Assembly: GCA_034435615.1 (NCBI GenBank)
Contig: DAOTWZ010000034.1
Location: forward strand, 4,381-68,380
DNA length: 64,000 nt
DNA from: Dehalococcoidia bacterium
GTDB lineage: Bacteria; Chloroflexota; Dehalococcoidia; SM23-28-2; HRBIN24
Direction of reading: 5' to 3'
Below are positions 47,431-56,334 of this stretch, one piece after another. Position numbers and translations under genes: made by a program. The first letter of the stretch is position 1. Each line of letters starts with the position of its first letter. The notes below the pieces were generated by a model. That model did no database searches. It saw nothing but the letters and a program-made list of their open reading frames with translations, and was not told the origin of the DNA.

Positions 47431-48110
47431 TGAGGCCGGTGAAGATCGCTCCCTCTATCCTCTCCGCCGACTTTGCCCGCCTGGGTGAGCAGGTGCGGGA
47501 GGCGGAGGCGGCGGGGGCGGACCGCATCCACATAGACGTGATGGACGGTCACTTCGTTCCTGTCATCTCCATGGGGCTGCCCATAGTGGAGGCGGTGCGT
47601 CGCGTTACCCGTCTGCCCCTGGACATCCACCTGATGGTGGCCCAGCCGGAGCGTCAGATCGATGCTTTCATGGAAGCTGGGGGCGACATCATCAACGTGC
47701 ACGTGGAGGCGGCCACTCACCTGCACCGCATCCTCCAGGCGGTGAGGGGGCGGGGCCGCCTGGCTGGCGTCTGTCTGAACCCGGCCACGCCCCTGAGCGC
47801 CATCGAGGAGGTGCTGGGGGAGGTGGACCAGGTGATGCTGATGAGCGTCAACCCGGGCTACGCTGGCCAGCCCTTCATCGAGGCGGTGCTAGGGAAGGTG
47901 CGCCGGCTGCGGGAGACGCTGGACCGGCTGGGGCTGTCATCGGTGGAGATAGAGGTGGACGGCGGCGTGACGCCTGAGAACGCGCCTCGCTGTGTGGCCG
48001 CCGGGGCGACGGCCCTGGTGGCCGCCTCCGCCATCTATAACGACCGCGCCAGTGTGGCCGAGAACCTGTCCCGCCTCCGTTTTTCCTGCGCTCCCGAGGG
48101 TGCTGGGTGA
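47430..48110 (+). CDS. rpe: ribulose-phosphate 3-epimerase
   Basis: GTG start overlaps the argH stop (TAGTG). Rpe family with a DVMDGHFVP motif. The last about 13 codons lie in a tandem repeat. Confidence 0.88.
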   Translation: MRPVKIAPSILSADFARLGEQVREAEAAGADRIHIDVMDGHFVPVISMGLPIVEAVRRVTRLPLDIHLMVAQPERQIDAFMEAGGDIINVHVEAATHLHRILQAVRGRGRLAGVCLNPATPLSAIEEVLGEVDQVMLMSVNPGYAGQPFIEAVLGKVRRLRETLDRLGLSSVEIEVDGGVTPENAPRCVAAGATALVAASAIYNDRASVAENLSRLRFSCAPEGAG

Positions 48111-48257
48111 GCGGGTCGTGAGGCGGGAGGCGTGGCGAGACGCCCGCCTCCGTTTCTCTTGCGCTCCCGAGGGTGCTGGGTCAGCGGGTCGTGAGGCGGC
48201 GAGATAGCGAGTCTCCCGCTTCCGTTCTCCTGCACGCTCGAGGGTGCTATGTGCCCG
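48070..48257. repeat. tandem direct repeat, period 72-73 bp, about 2.6 copies
   Basis: Copy 1 is 48070-48142 and copy 2 is 48143-48214; the first 56 bp differ at about 3-4 positions. A degenerate partial copy 3 starts at 48215. Each unit ends in ...GTGAGGCGG[G/C]AG and is flanked by short divergent segments. Confidence 0.8.
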
Positions 48258-48355
48258 GCCTGCCAGGCCCGGCGGCTGGGCGAGGGGTGTCCTGGCCCTT
48301 TTCGTGCTACCGAACCTCCAGGGGCCCGTGGCGAGGGCCTCGTCCGTTCGGTGTC

Positions 48356-48760
48356 TCAGAGGGCGGCCCGCTCCAGGCGGGGGCAGAAGTAGCCCTCCGC
48401 TGGCGCGCCGGGCAGGTCGTCCCAGGTGGCGAGGAGCCGCTCTAGCCTCGCCCGCTGCTCCTCCAGTGCCCTTATCTGTGCCTCCAGCGTCCGCCGACGG
48501 GCCTCCATGAGGTCGCGAAGCTCGTCGCAGGGGCAGCTGTGGGCCAGGATGCTCCGTATCTCCCTGATGGAGAGGCCCAGGGCACGCGCGGTCCGCACGA
48601 AGCGGAGGAGACGCAGGTCGCCCTCGCTGTAGAGGCGGTAGCCGCCCTCGCTGCGAGGCGGCGACGGCAGGAGCCCCACCGCCTCGTAGAAGCGGAGAGT
48701 CTTGGCGCTGATGCCGGCCTGGCGGGCCGCCTCGCCGATGCGCATGGGACGGGTCGTCAT
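48356..48760 (-). CDS. MerR-family transcriptional regulator (Cys-containing effector region)
   Basis: MerR HTH (IGEAARQAGISAKTLRFYE), a coiled-coil dimerisation helix and Cys residues at HSCPC and FCP. Confidence 0.85.
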   Translation of the reverse strand: MTTRPMRIGEAARQAGISAKTLRFYEAVGLLPSPPRSEGGYRLYSEGDLRLLRFVRTARALGLSIREIRSILAHSCPCDELRDLMEARRRTLEAQIRALEEQRARLERLLATWDDLPGAPAEGYFCPRLERAAL

Positions 48761-49533
48761 CTCTTGTAGCCCTCCACGTAGACGCTGACGGCGTAGCTGT
48801 CCGGTCCGGCCTGGCCCAGGGAGGAGGCTGCTCCCGTGCCACCGCAGGAGTAGGCCCCCACGATGCTGGTCCTCACCTCCTGGAAGCCGGCCTCCTCAAC
48901 CATCTTGCGGTAGTCGTCCACCAGGACGGCGCCGGCCAGGCAGCCCGCGTAGGCCTCCGTGCTCTCTCGCACCTCTGGCGGCAGCTCTTGCAGCAGGGCG
49001 ATATCGGAGATGGCCAGGCGGCCGCCCGGCCTCAGGACACGGTAGGCCTCGCGGAAGACCCGCGGCTTGTCCGTGGACAGGTTGATGACGCAATTGCTGA
49101 TGATGACGTCCACGGAGGCATCTCCCAGGGGCAGCTCTTCGATCTCGGCCAGGAGGAACTCCACGCTGGAGAGCCCTCCCTGGAGGGCGAGGCGGCGGGC
49201 CCGCTCCACCATCTCTGGCGTCATGTCCACGCCGATGGCCCGTCCCCTGGGCCCCACCTGGCGGGCCGCCAGGAAGCAGTCGATGCCGGCACCGGAGCCC
49301 AGGTCCAGGACTACCTCCCCCTCCCGCAGGCCGGCTATGGCCACGGGGTTGCCACAGCCCAGCCCCAGGTCCGCGCCGAGCGGGAGGAGTGCGATCTCGT
49401 CCGGGGAGTACGCCAGGCGCCGGACGCTCTGCTGGGCTGACGGGGCGCAGTCGCCGCAGCTACCCTCACTGCGGGCCACCCGTGCATAGGCCTCGCGCAC
49501 TGTCTGCCGTCTGTCCTTCTCGTCCATGCTCAT
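48757..49533 (-). CDS. arsM: arsenite S-adenosylmethionine methyltransferase (ArsM/AS3MT-like)
   Basis: Motifs [37 protein letters not shown] and AGCLAGA, with conserved Cys positions typical of ArsM. Confidence 0.82.
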   Translation of the reverse strand: MSMDEKDRRQTVREAYARVARSEGSCGDCAPSAQQSVRRLAYSPDEIALLPLGADLGLGCGNPVAIAGLREGEVVLDLGSGAGIDCFLAARQVGPRGRAIGVDMTPEMVERARRLALQGGLSSVEFLLAEIEELPLGDASVDVIISNCVINLSTDKPRVFREAYRVLRPGGRLAISDIALLQELPPEVRESTEAYAGCLAGAVLVDDYRKMVEEAGFQEVRTSIVGAYSCGGTGAASSLGQAGPDSYAVSVYVEGYKR

Positions 49534-49581
49534 CTCCTCCGGCCTCCCGGCCGACGGTCGGGCCAGCCCCCGCCGCTGGTC

Positions 49582-49755
49582 CTAGAGCTCTCCCAGCTCC
49601 CCGGAACGGATGGCCGCCACCAGGCGGTTCCATTCCTCCCTGGTCAGTCTGGTCTGGTTGCCTGGCTCCCCCAGCAGGACGTGGTCACTGTAGACCACCA
49701 CCTCCGGGCAGGCATCGCAGGCGGGGCAGAGACTGTAACGCTGGCCTTCCTCCAT
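49582..49755 (-). CDS. small DUF397-like protein (57 aa), not in the ORF track
   Basis: ATG at 49755 preceded by GGAGGAGGTGA. It reads MEEGQRYSLCPACDACPEVVVYSDHVLLGEPGNQTRLTREEWNRLVAAIRSGELGEL, which matches the DUF397 pattern (...C.EVa...LtreEW.alva.ir.GE). Confidence 0.55.
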   Translation of the reverse strand: MEEGQRYSLCPACDACPEVVVYSDHVLLGEPGNQTRLTREEWNRLVAAIRSGELGEL

Positions 49756-49854
49756 GGCCTCACCTCCTCCTTCGGTCGTTCGTCGGGGGCTGGCCCCGGA
49801 GGGAAGGCTAGCCCTTCCAGCGACTGGAAGGTCAATAGGGGGGCGCGTCCCGCT

Positions 49855-50070
49855 CTATACGGTGGTGGTCTTCTTGAGGAGGGCGCTCAGGCAGGCGGTG
49901 CAGATGTTGACCCGCTGGCGCTTGCCATCGATGACGAGAGAGCGCTTCTGGACGTTGGCCTTGAAGGTGCGCGGTGTCCTGGGGGCGCGTCGCTCCCAGC
50001 GGCCGGAGTGCTGGTGCCGTATATTCCGCCCGTAGATGGTCCCCTTGCCACAGAACTGACACTTGGCCAT
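49855..50070 (-). CDS. rpmB: 50S ribosomal protein L28
   Basis: MAKCQFCGKG... L28 family. Start at ATG 50070 with an AAAGGTGGGGG RBS; the track ORF is extended upstream. Confidence 0.85.
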   Translation of the reverse strand: MAKCQFCGKGTIYGRNIRHQHSGRWERRAPRTPRTFKANVQKRSLVIDGKRQRVNICTACLSALLKKTTTV

Positions 50071-50083
50071 ATCTGCCCCCACC

Positions 50084-50152
50084 TTTACCGCAAACAGGCG
50101 CCCTGCTAGAATGCGCAATCGGCATCTTAGCATTTGCGTTGCCAACGGGCAA
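50084..50152. promoter_or_regulatory. divergent overlapping promoters: plus-strand TTTACC-17-TAGAAT for the DAK2/YloV gene; minus-strand TTGCCC-17-TAAGAT for rpmB
   Basis: Plus strand: -35 at 50084-50089 and -10 at 50107-50112. Minus strand: -10 is the complement of 50124-50129 and -35 the complement of 50147-50152. Confidence 0.35.
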
Positions 50153-50223
50153 GGTGACGGAAGACGAGAGAGGAGCCTGCCACCGACGTCGGCTCTTCCC
50201 CCGGCACCCGGGGCCGGGGCGCC

Positions 50224-51849
50224 ATGGCTGCCCTGACGGCCGCTGACCTGTTCCAGGCCCTCCAGGCGGCCCTGTCCGTCCTGGAGGCGCAGGAAGAGGC
50301 GCTGAATGCCATCAACGTCTTCCCCGTCCCCGACGGCGATACCGGCACCAACATGCTCCTTACCCTCCGCTCCACCCTGACGGAGGCCGAACGCCAGGTG
50401 CCGCAGCGAGAGAACGCCTCCGTGGCGCAGCTACTGGAGGCACTGGGCCGGGGCGCTCTCATGGGGGCGCGCGGCAACTCCGGCGTCATCCTCTCCCAAA
50501 TAGTGCGGGGGCTGGCCAGGGGAGTCGGCCCTGCCCGGGAGCTGGACGCCAGGGCCCTGGTCCAGGGGCTGGAGGAGGCCACCCGTCTAGCCTATCAGGT
50601 CATCACCCAGCCCAGGGAGGGCACCATTCTCACGGTGGTTAGGGAGGCGGCGGAGGCCGCCCGCGCCGCCCTGGAGCGGGGCGAGACGGACGTGGTGGCC
50701 GTCCTGGGTGAGGCGGCCCGCGCTGCCAGAGAGTCGGTGGAACGGACGCCCCAGCTCCTCCCTGTGTTGGCGGAGGCCGGCGTGGTGGACGCCGGGGGCC
50801 AGGGGCTCTGGCTTGTCCTGGAGGCGATGAGGCGCCACCTCACGGGGGAGCCGCTAGAGACCCTCGCCCCTCCGGGACGGGCCTCCCTGCAACGGGAGTG
50901 GGTGACCACCACCCAGGAGTTGCACCAGACCGGCCAGTCCCGCTACGGCTACTGCACCGAGTTCCTGGTGGAGGGACAGGGGCTGGACAGCACCGCCATA
51001 CGGGCCCGCATGGAGGAGCTGGGCGACTCCGTCCTGGTGGTGGGCGACGAGCGACTGCTGCGCGTCCACCTTCACACTGACGACCCCGGGGCCGCCATCA
51101 GCCACGGCACCCGCGTGGGCGAGCTCTTGGAGGTGAAGGTAGACAATATCCAGCGCCAGGCCGACCGCTTCCTGGACCAGCACGAGGCGGCGGCGGAGGT
51201 GGAGGCGCCGGTGGTAGCGGTGGCCCAGGGTCGGGGGCTGGCAGCGGTTCTGCGCAGCATGGGCGCCCTGGTGGTGCCGGGCGGCCCCACCATGAACCCC
51301 AGCGCCGGCGATCTCCTGGACGCCATACAACGTTGCCCGGGTGACGAGGTCATCGTCCTCCCCAATGACAAGAATATCGTGGCCGCCGCCCACCAGGCGG
51401 CGGAATTGACGGGGAAGCGGGTGGCCGTGGTGCCCACTCGCTCCGTCCCCCAAGGGATCGCCGCCCTCCTGGCCTACAGCCCGGAGCGTAGCCTGGAGGA
51501 GAACGTCAGGCTCATGGAGGAGGCGGCCGCCGCTGTCCGCACCATAGAGGTGACCCGGGCGGTGCGGGACACCAGGGCCAGCGGTCTGACGGTCCGGGAA
51601 GGGGACGCCATCGCCATCGTGGACGGTGAGCTGAAGGTGGTGGCTGCCGGCCCGGAGGAGGCCCTCCAGAAGGCGGTGGAGGGGTTGGGTGTCCAGGAGG
51701 GGTTGCTGACCGTCTACTACGGCGCCGAGGCGACGGCGGAGCGGGCGGAAGCCCTGGCCGAGTCCCTGCGCCGGCGGTTCCCCCAGTTAGAGGTGGAGGT
51801 GGTGGCCGGCGGGCAGCCTCACTACCCCTACATAGCCTCCCTGGAGTAG
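50224..51849 (+). CDS. DAK2 domain fusion protein YloV
   Basis: Dak phosphatase-like N-terminal domain (DGDTGTNM) with a DegV-like C-terminal half. It neighbours rpmB as in Firmicutes. Confidence 0.88.
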   Translation: MAALTAADLFQALQAALSVLEAQEEALNAINVFPVPDGDTGTNMLLTLRSTLTEAERQVPQRENASVAQLLEALGRGALMGARGNSGVILSQIVRGLARGVGPARELDARALVQGLEEATRLAYQVITQPREGTILTVVREAAEAARAALERGETDVVAVLGEAARAARESVERTPQLLPVLAEAGVVDAGGQGLWLVLEAMRRHLTGEPLETLAPPGRASLQREWVTTTQELHQTGQSRYGYCTEFLVEGQGLDSTAIRARMEELGDSVLVVGDERLLRVHLHTDDPGAAISHGTRVGELLEVKVDNIQRQADRFLDQHEAAAEVEAPVVAVAQGRGLAAVLRSMGALVVPGGPTMNPSAGDLLDAIQRCPGDEVIVLPNDKNIVAAAHQAAELTGKRVAVVPTRSVPQGIAALLAYSPERSLEENVRLMEEAAAAVRTIEVTRAVRDTRASGLTVREGDAIAIVDGELKVVAAGPEEALQKAVEGLGVQEGLLTVYYGAEATAERAEALAESLRRRFPQLEVEVVAGGQPHYPYIASLE

Positions 51850-51887
51850 GCCGGGGCCAGCGGCTGTCCGGCGGGCGCTGGCTCCCC

Positions 51888-51916
51888 TTTACAGGCCCCG
51901 GCCCGGTGGATAAAAT
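51888..51916 (+). promoter_or_regulatory. sigma70-like promoter in the greA leader (TTTACA-17-TAAAAT)
   Basis: TTTACA at 51888-51893, a 17-nt spacer and TAAAAT at 51911-51916. Confidence 0.45.
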
Positions 51917-51929
51917 ATAAAGGCCTTGG

Positions 51930-51963
51930 AAACTGAGGGCCAGGGCTCTCAGTTTTCTTTTTG
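51930..51963 (+). terminator. intrinsic terminator-like hairpin plus U-tract between promoter and greA start (leader attenuator, or terminator of the YloV gene)
   Basis: AAACTGAG-ggccagggct-CTCAGTTT forms an 8-bp stem, followed by TCTTTTTGT. Confidence 0.5.
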
Positions 51964-52005
51964 TCTATTTGCCCGCTCTCGGGCATGACGAGGGGTGATG
52001 TCTGC

Positions 52006-52479
52006 ATGGCCATGGCCGATAAGCCGATACCTGTTACCCGTGAGGGCCTGGCCCGCTTCAAGGAGCGGCTGGAGTACCTCATCAACGTGCGTCGGCCACA
52101 GGTGGCCAAGCGCATACAGGAGGCGCGAGAGCTGGCCGGCTCCGAGACCTCTGGCGAGTACGAGGACGCCAAGAACGAGCAGGCCATGGTGGAGGGGGAG
52201 ATCCGCCAGCTCGAGACCATCATCCAGAACGCCGTCGTCATCGAGGGGCGGCCCGACTCTCAGGTGGTGGATCTGGGCTCCACCGTCACTCTGGTGGACG
52301 ACGAGGGGAAGGTCTACCGTTACACCATCGTGGGCAGCGCCGAGGCCGACCCCAAGCAGGGCCGCATCAGCAACGAGTCCCCCCTGGGCCGGGCCCTTCT
52401 GGGCCGCCGCGCCGGCGAGGTGGTGGAGGTGCAGGCCCCCGCTGGCGTCAAGCGCTGGACCATCGTCTCCCTTGGCTAG
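52006..52479 (+). CDS. greA: transcription elongation factor GreA
   Basis: 158 aa from ATG 52006; GreA coiled-coil and FKBP-like domains. The track TTG at 51961 lies inside the U-tract. Confidence 0.9.
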   Translation: MAMADKPIPVTREGLARFKERLEYLINVRRPQVAKRIQEARELAGSETSGEYEDAKNEQAMVEGEIRQLETIIQNAVVIEGRPDSQVVDLGSTVTLVDDEGKVYRYTIVGSAEADPKQGRISNESPLGRALLGRRAGEVVEVQAPAGVKRWTIVSLG

Positions 52480-52595
52480 AAGCAGGGACTGACGGAGGGT
52501 AAAATGGCGGGGCGGGGAGCCGTATCCCCGCCTCATCCCTTCTCCCGAGCGCCCAAGTCACCTCATCTCGACAGAGCAGCGGCCGAGGCGACAGG

Positions 52596-54062
52596 ATGGA
52601 CGAGGTCACCGCTCGCAGGCACCGGGTGGAGCGACTGCGCGCCCGCGGCGTGGACCCCTACCCCGCCCGCTTCCACCGCACCCACAGCGCCCGGGAGTCC
52701 ATCGCCCTCCTGGAGCGGCTGGAACGGGAGGGGGGCGACTCCCCCCAGGTGGTGGTGGCGGGGCGCATCACCGCCATCCGCGATATGGGCCGCGCCACCT
52801 TCATAGACCTGCGGGACGGCTCCGGCCGCATCCAGACCTACCACCGGGTGGACCTCCTGGGCCAGGAGGCCTATCGCGGCCTGGAAGACCTGGACCTGGG
52901 CGACTTCCTGGGCGTGACGGGGGAGCTCTTCCGCACCCGCACCGGGGAGCCCACCGTCCAGGCCCGCTCCTACACCCTCCTCTGCAAGGCGCTGCGCTCC
53001 CCACCCGAGAAGTGGCACGGCCTCCAGGACGTGGAGACCCGCTACCGCCAGCGCTACCTGGACCTCATGGCCAACGAGGAGGTGCGGGAGCTCTTCCGCA
53101 CCCGCAGCCTCATCGTCCGGGCCATCCGCCGCTTCCTGGACGAGCGTGGCTTCCTGGAGGTGGAGACGCCGGTCCTCCAGGCCACCGCCGGCGGCGCCGC
53201 CGCCCGCCCCTTCGTCACCTACCACAACGCCCTGGACCGCCAGCTCTATCTGCGCATAGCCCTGGAGCTACACCTGAAGCGCCTCATCGTCGGTGGCTAC
53301 GACAGGGTCTACGAGCTGGGGCGCGTCTTCAGGAACGAAGGGGTCTCCGCTAAGTACAACCCCGAGTTCACCATGCTGGAGGCCTACCAGGCCTACGCCG
53401 ACTATCTGGACATAATGCAACTGACGGAGGAGATGGTGGTCTATGCCGCCCGGGAGGCCCTGGGCACTCTCCAGGTGCCCTATGGCGACACCGTCATAGA
53501 CTTCACTCCCCCGTGGCGGCGCCTCACCCTGCGGGAGGCCATCCTGGAGCACACGGGGATCGACTTCCGGGCCTTTCCGGACGCCGCCTCCCTGCGGGAG
53601 GCCTGCCGGGGCATCGGGCTGGTGCTGGAGGAGGGGTGGGACCGCGCCAAGCTCATTGATGAGCTCCTCTCCCAGCGGGTGGAGCCGCGGCTCCTGCAGC
53701 CCACCTTCCTGATGGACTACCCGGTGGAGCTCTCGCCCCTGGCCAAGCGCAAGAGGGACGACCCGGGCCTGGTGGAGCGGTTCGAGCTCTTCATCGCCGG
53801 CCGGGAGGTGGCCAACGCCTACAGCGAGCTCAACGACCCCATAGACCAGCGGGAGCGCTTCCTGGAACAGGCGCGGCGGCGGGCGGCCGGCCAGGAGGAG
53901 GTGGAGCTGGCGGACGAGGACTTCCTCGTCGCCCTGGAACACGGTATGCCGCCCACCGGCGGCCTGGGCGTCGGCATCGACCGTCTGGTGATGGCCCTCA
54001 CCGGTCAGTCCTCCATACGGGAGGTGATCCTCTTCCCCGCCCTGCGGGAGAAGGCCGACTGA
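52596..54062 (+). CDS. lysS: lysine--tRNA ligase (class II)
   Basis: Class II motifs plus an anticodon-binding OB fold. Confidence 0.95.
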   Translation: MDEVTARRHRVERLRARGVDPYPARFHRTHSARESIALLERLEREGGDSPQVVVAGRITAIRDMGRATFIDLRDGSGRIQTYHRVDLLGQEAYRGLEDLDLGDFLGVTGELFRTRTGEPTVQARSYTLLCKALRSPPEKWHGLQDVETRYRQRYLDLMANEEVRELFRTRSLIVRAIRRFLDERGFLEVETPVLQATAGGAAARPFVTYHNALDRQLYLRIALELHLKRLIVGGYDRVYELGRVFRNEGVSAKYNPEFTMLEAYQAYADYLDIMQLTEEMVVYAAREALGTLQVPYGDTVIDFTPPWRRLTLREAILEHTGIDFRAFPDAASLREACRGIGLVLEEGWDRAKLIDELLSQRVEPRLLQPTFLMDYPVELSPLAKRKRDDPGLVERFELFIAGREVANAYSELNDPIDQRERFLEQARRRAAGQEEVELADEDFLVALEHGMPPTGGLGVGIDRLVMALTGQSSIREVILFPALREKAD

Positions 54063-54550
54063 TGCACCGCCACTTCACCGCCACCGGCTTCGTCATGGAC
54101 GGGGAGCGTACTCTTCTCCTCTGGCACCCCCGCCTCCAGATGTGGGTGCCGCCGGGCGGCCATCTCCTCCCGGACGAGGACCCCGTCACCGCCGTCCTGC
54201 GCGAGATAGAGGAGGAGACGGGGCTGCAGGCGGCGGTGCTCCCCCTAGCCCCCGTCTTCCCCTTCGACTACCCGGGGCAGGTGCAGCCGCCCTACACCAT
54301 TCTCATCGAACGGAGCGCCGAGCCCGGGGAGCCCCACCAGCACATAGACCTCATCTACTTCTGCCGCCCCCTTCCCGGCTCGCGGCTGGCGCCGCCCGCC
54401 GGCACCGTCCTCTGCTGGGCCACTGAGGAGGATCTGCGGCAGGGCCGGCCCCTGGAGATGGACGGCGCCTGTGGGCTGGCCGTCCCCGTCCCGGCCGACG
54501 TGCGGGCGCTGGCCCTGGAGGGGTTCCGTCTTGCCCGCGACCGGGGATGA
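54062..54550 (+). CDS. NUDIX hydrolase
   Basis: Nudix box GGHLLPDEDPVTAVLREIEEETGL. The start overlaps the lysS stop (TGATG). Confidence 0.8.
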   Translation: MHRHFTATGFVMDGERTLLLWHPRLQMWVPPGGHLLPDEDPVTAVLREIEEETGLQAAVLPLAPVFPFDYPGQVQPPYTILIERSAEPGEPHQHIDLIYFCRPLPGSRLAPPAGTVLCWATEEDLRQGRPLEMDGACGLAVPVPADVRALALEGFRLARDRG

Positions 54551-54614
54551 GGCGCCCCCTCTCGCTCTTGATTTACGCCCGGGCTGGCCTTAGTCTAGAT
54601 TAGGGGCCCCGGTC

Positions 54615-55994
54615 ATGCTGTCTCTTCAGTTCATACGCGAGAACCCGGAGGCGGTGCGGGAGGCGCTGGCCAAGCGCCGCACGGAGGCCCCGCTGGACGA
54701 GCTTCTGGCCCTGGACCAGGAGCGACGTCGCCTCCTGCACGAGGCGGAGACGCTGCGGGCGGAGCGCAACTCCCTCTCCAAGGAGATCGGTCAGCTCACC
54801 CGCCTGCTCCAGGACGAGAACGCCCCCGGGCGGGAGCGTCGGCACGCCGAGCACCGGCGGGCCGATCTACTGGCCCGCTCCAGCTTCCTGTCGGAGCGAC
54901 TGGAGGGCCTGGAGGCCGAGCTGAGGGGACTGGAGGGGCGGCTGGAGCGGCTCCTCCTGGAGGTCCCCAACCTGCCCGACCCGCGCGTGCCGGAGGGAGA
55001 GGGGGAGGAGGACAACGTCATCGTCCGCCAGTGGGGGGAGCCCCGCTCCTTCGACTTCCCCCCGCGGCCCCACTGGGAGCTGGGGGAAGCGCTGGGCATC
55101 ATAGACTTCCAGGGGGGCGTCAAGCTGGCGGGCTCCCGCTTCTATGTCCTGCGGGGGCTGGGGGCGCGCCTGCAGCGCGCCCTCATCATGTGGATGCTGG
55201 ACTTCCACAACGCTCGCGGCTACCAGGAGGTCTACCCGCCCGCCCTCGTCCGCGAGGAGGGGATGTGGAAGGGAGGCTGGCTGCCCAAGTTCGCCGAGAA
55301 CATGTACCACGACGCGGAGGAGGACCTCTGGCTCATCCCCACAGCGGAGGTGGCCCTGACCAACCTCCACCGGGACGAGATCCTCCCCCCCGGCAGCCTG
55401 CCCATCTACTACGCCGCCTACACCCCCTGCTTCCGGCGGGAGAAGTTCAGCGCCGGGCGCGATGTCCGCGGCATCAAGCGGGTGCACCAGTTCGACAAGG
55501 TGGAGCTCTACAAATTCGTGGAGCCGGAGCGGTCGGCGGAGGAGCTGGAGCGGCTGGTGGAGGACGCCAGCGCCCTCCTGCGGGAGCTGGGGCTGCCGCA
55601 CCGCGTCGTCCTCCTCTGCAGCGCCGAACTGGGCTTCAACGCTGCCATGACCTACGATATCGAGGCGTGGGCGCCCGGCTCCGGCGAGTGGCTGGAGGTC
55701 TCCTCCTGCTCCAACTGCACCGATTTCCAGGCCCGCCGCGCCAACATCCGCTTCCGACGCGAGAAGGGGGCGCGGCCCGAGTATGTCCACACCCTCAACG
55801 GCTCCGGCCTGGCCCTCCCCCGCACGATGATCGCGCTCCTGGAGAACTATCAGCAGCCCGACGGCACTGTGCTGGTGCCGGAGGTGCTCCAGCCCTACAT
55901 GGGCGGCGTCAAGGTCATCGGCCAGCGGCCCCGGGGCGGCAGGCCCCGGGGCCGCTGGCCGCGACGGCCGCCGGAGGTGATGCCTTGGAGCTGA
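54615..55994 (+). CDS. serS: serine--tRNA ligase
   Basis: N-terminal coiled coil, class II core and an Arg/Pro-rich C-terminal tail of about 30 aa. Confidence 0.93.
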   Translation: MLSLQFIRENPEAVREALAKRRTEAPLDELLALDQERRRLLHEAETLRAERNSLSKEIGQLTRLLQDENAPGRERRHAEHRRADLLARSSFLSERLEGLEAELRGLEGRLERLLLEVPNLPDPRVPEGEGEEDNVIVRQWGEPRSFDFPPRPHWELGEALGIIDFQGGVKLAGSRFYVLRGLGARLQRALIMWMLDFHNARGYQEVYPPALVREEGMWKGGWLPKFAENMYHDAEEDLWLIPTAEVALTNLHRDEILPPGSLPIYYAAYTPCFRREKFSAGRDVRGIKRVHQFDKVELYKFVEPERSAEELERLVEDASALLRELGLPHRVVLLCSAELGFNAAMTYDIEAWAPGSGEWLEVSSCSNCTDFQARRANIRFRREKGARPEYVHTLNGSGLALPRTMIALLENYQQPDGTVLVPEVLQPYMGGVKVIGQRPRGGRPRGRWPRRPPEVMPWS

Positions 55995-56257
55995 AACTCC
56001 TCCTCTCCACCTTCGCCCTCATCTTCCTGGCCGAGCTGGGCGACAAGACGCAGCTAGCCGTCATAGCCCTCTCCGCCAGGGAGCGGGCGCCTGCGGCCAT
56101 CCTCCTGGGAGCGGTGATGGGCTTCCTTCTGGCGGCCGCCATCGCCGTGGTCGTGGGGATGCTGGGCGCCCGCTACATCTCCACGGAGATAGTGGAGAAG
56201 GTGGCCGGGGTGGCCTTTATCGTCATCGGCGTCCTGGTGCTGCTGGACAGGCTCTAG
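55985..56257 (+). CDS. single-repeat UPF0016/GDT1-family small membrane protein (about 90 aa)
   Basis: E-x-G-D-K-T motif ([11 protein letters not shown]) and two or three TM helices. The putative TTG start at 55985 overlaps the serS end; start uncertain. Confidence 0.5.
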   Translation: MELKLLLSTFALIFLAELGDKTQLAVIALSARERAPAAILLGAVMGFLLAAAIAVVVGMLGARYISTEIVEKVAGVAFIVIGVLVLLDRL

Positions 56258-56334
56258 GGGGCCGGGAGGGCTCGTCCGGTGTATCATATTAGGCCAGCGC
56301 CGGGCATTCTGAAGCGTTCGCAGGGAGGTGTGGG

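Noticed and set aside
48060-48260. Possible CRISPR array, given the regularly spaced repeats
   Set aside because: Only about 2.6 units are present. The conserved part is about 56 bp with variable parts of 16-17 bp, outside CRISPR repeat and spacer size ranges. The variable parts are related to each other, and no cas genes are nearby.
52508-52545. greA terminator hairpin GCGGGGA-gccgta-TCCCCGC followed by a pyrimidine-rich tail
   Set aside because: This is a plausible I-shaped terminator, but the stem is short (7 bp) and the tail is C-rich rather than U-rich. It is mentioned here only and not listed as a feature.
54551-54614. T-box leader upstream of serS, and the same question for lysS at 52480-52595
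   Set aside because: The intergenic spaces are 64 and 116 nt, too short for a T-box element of about 200-300 nt. No T-box consensus (AATTAGGGTGGNACCGCG-like) is seen.
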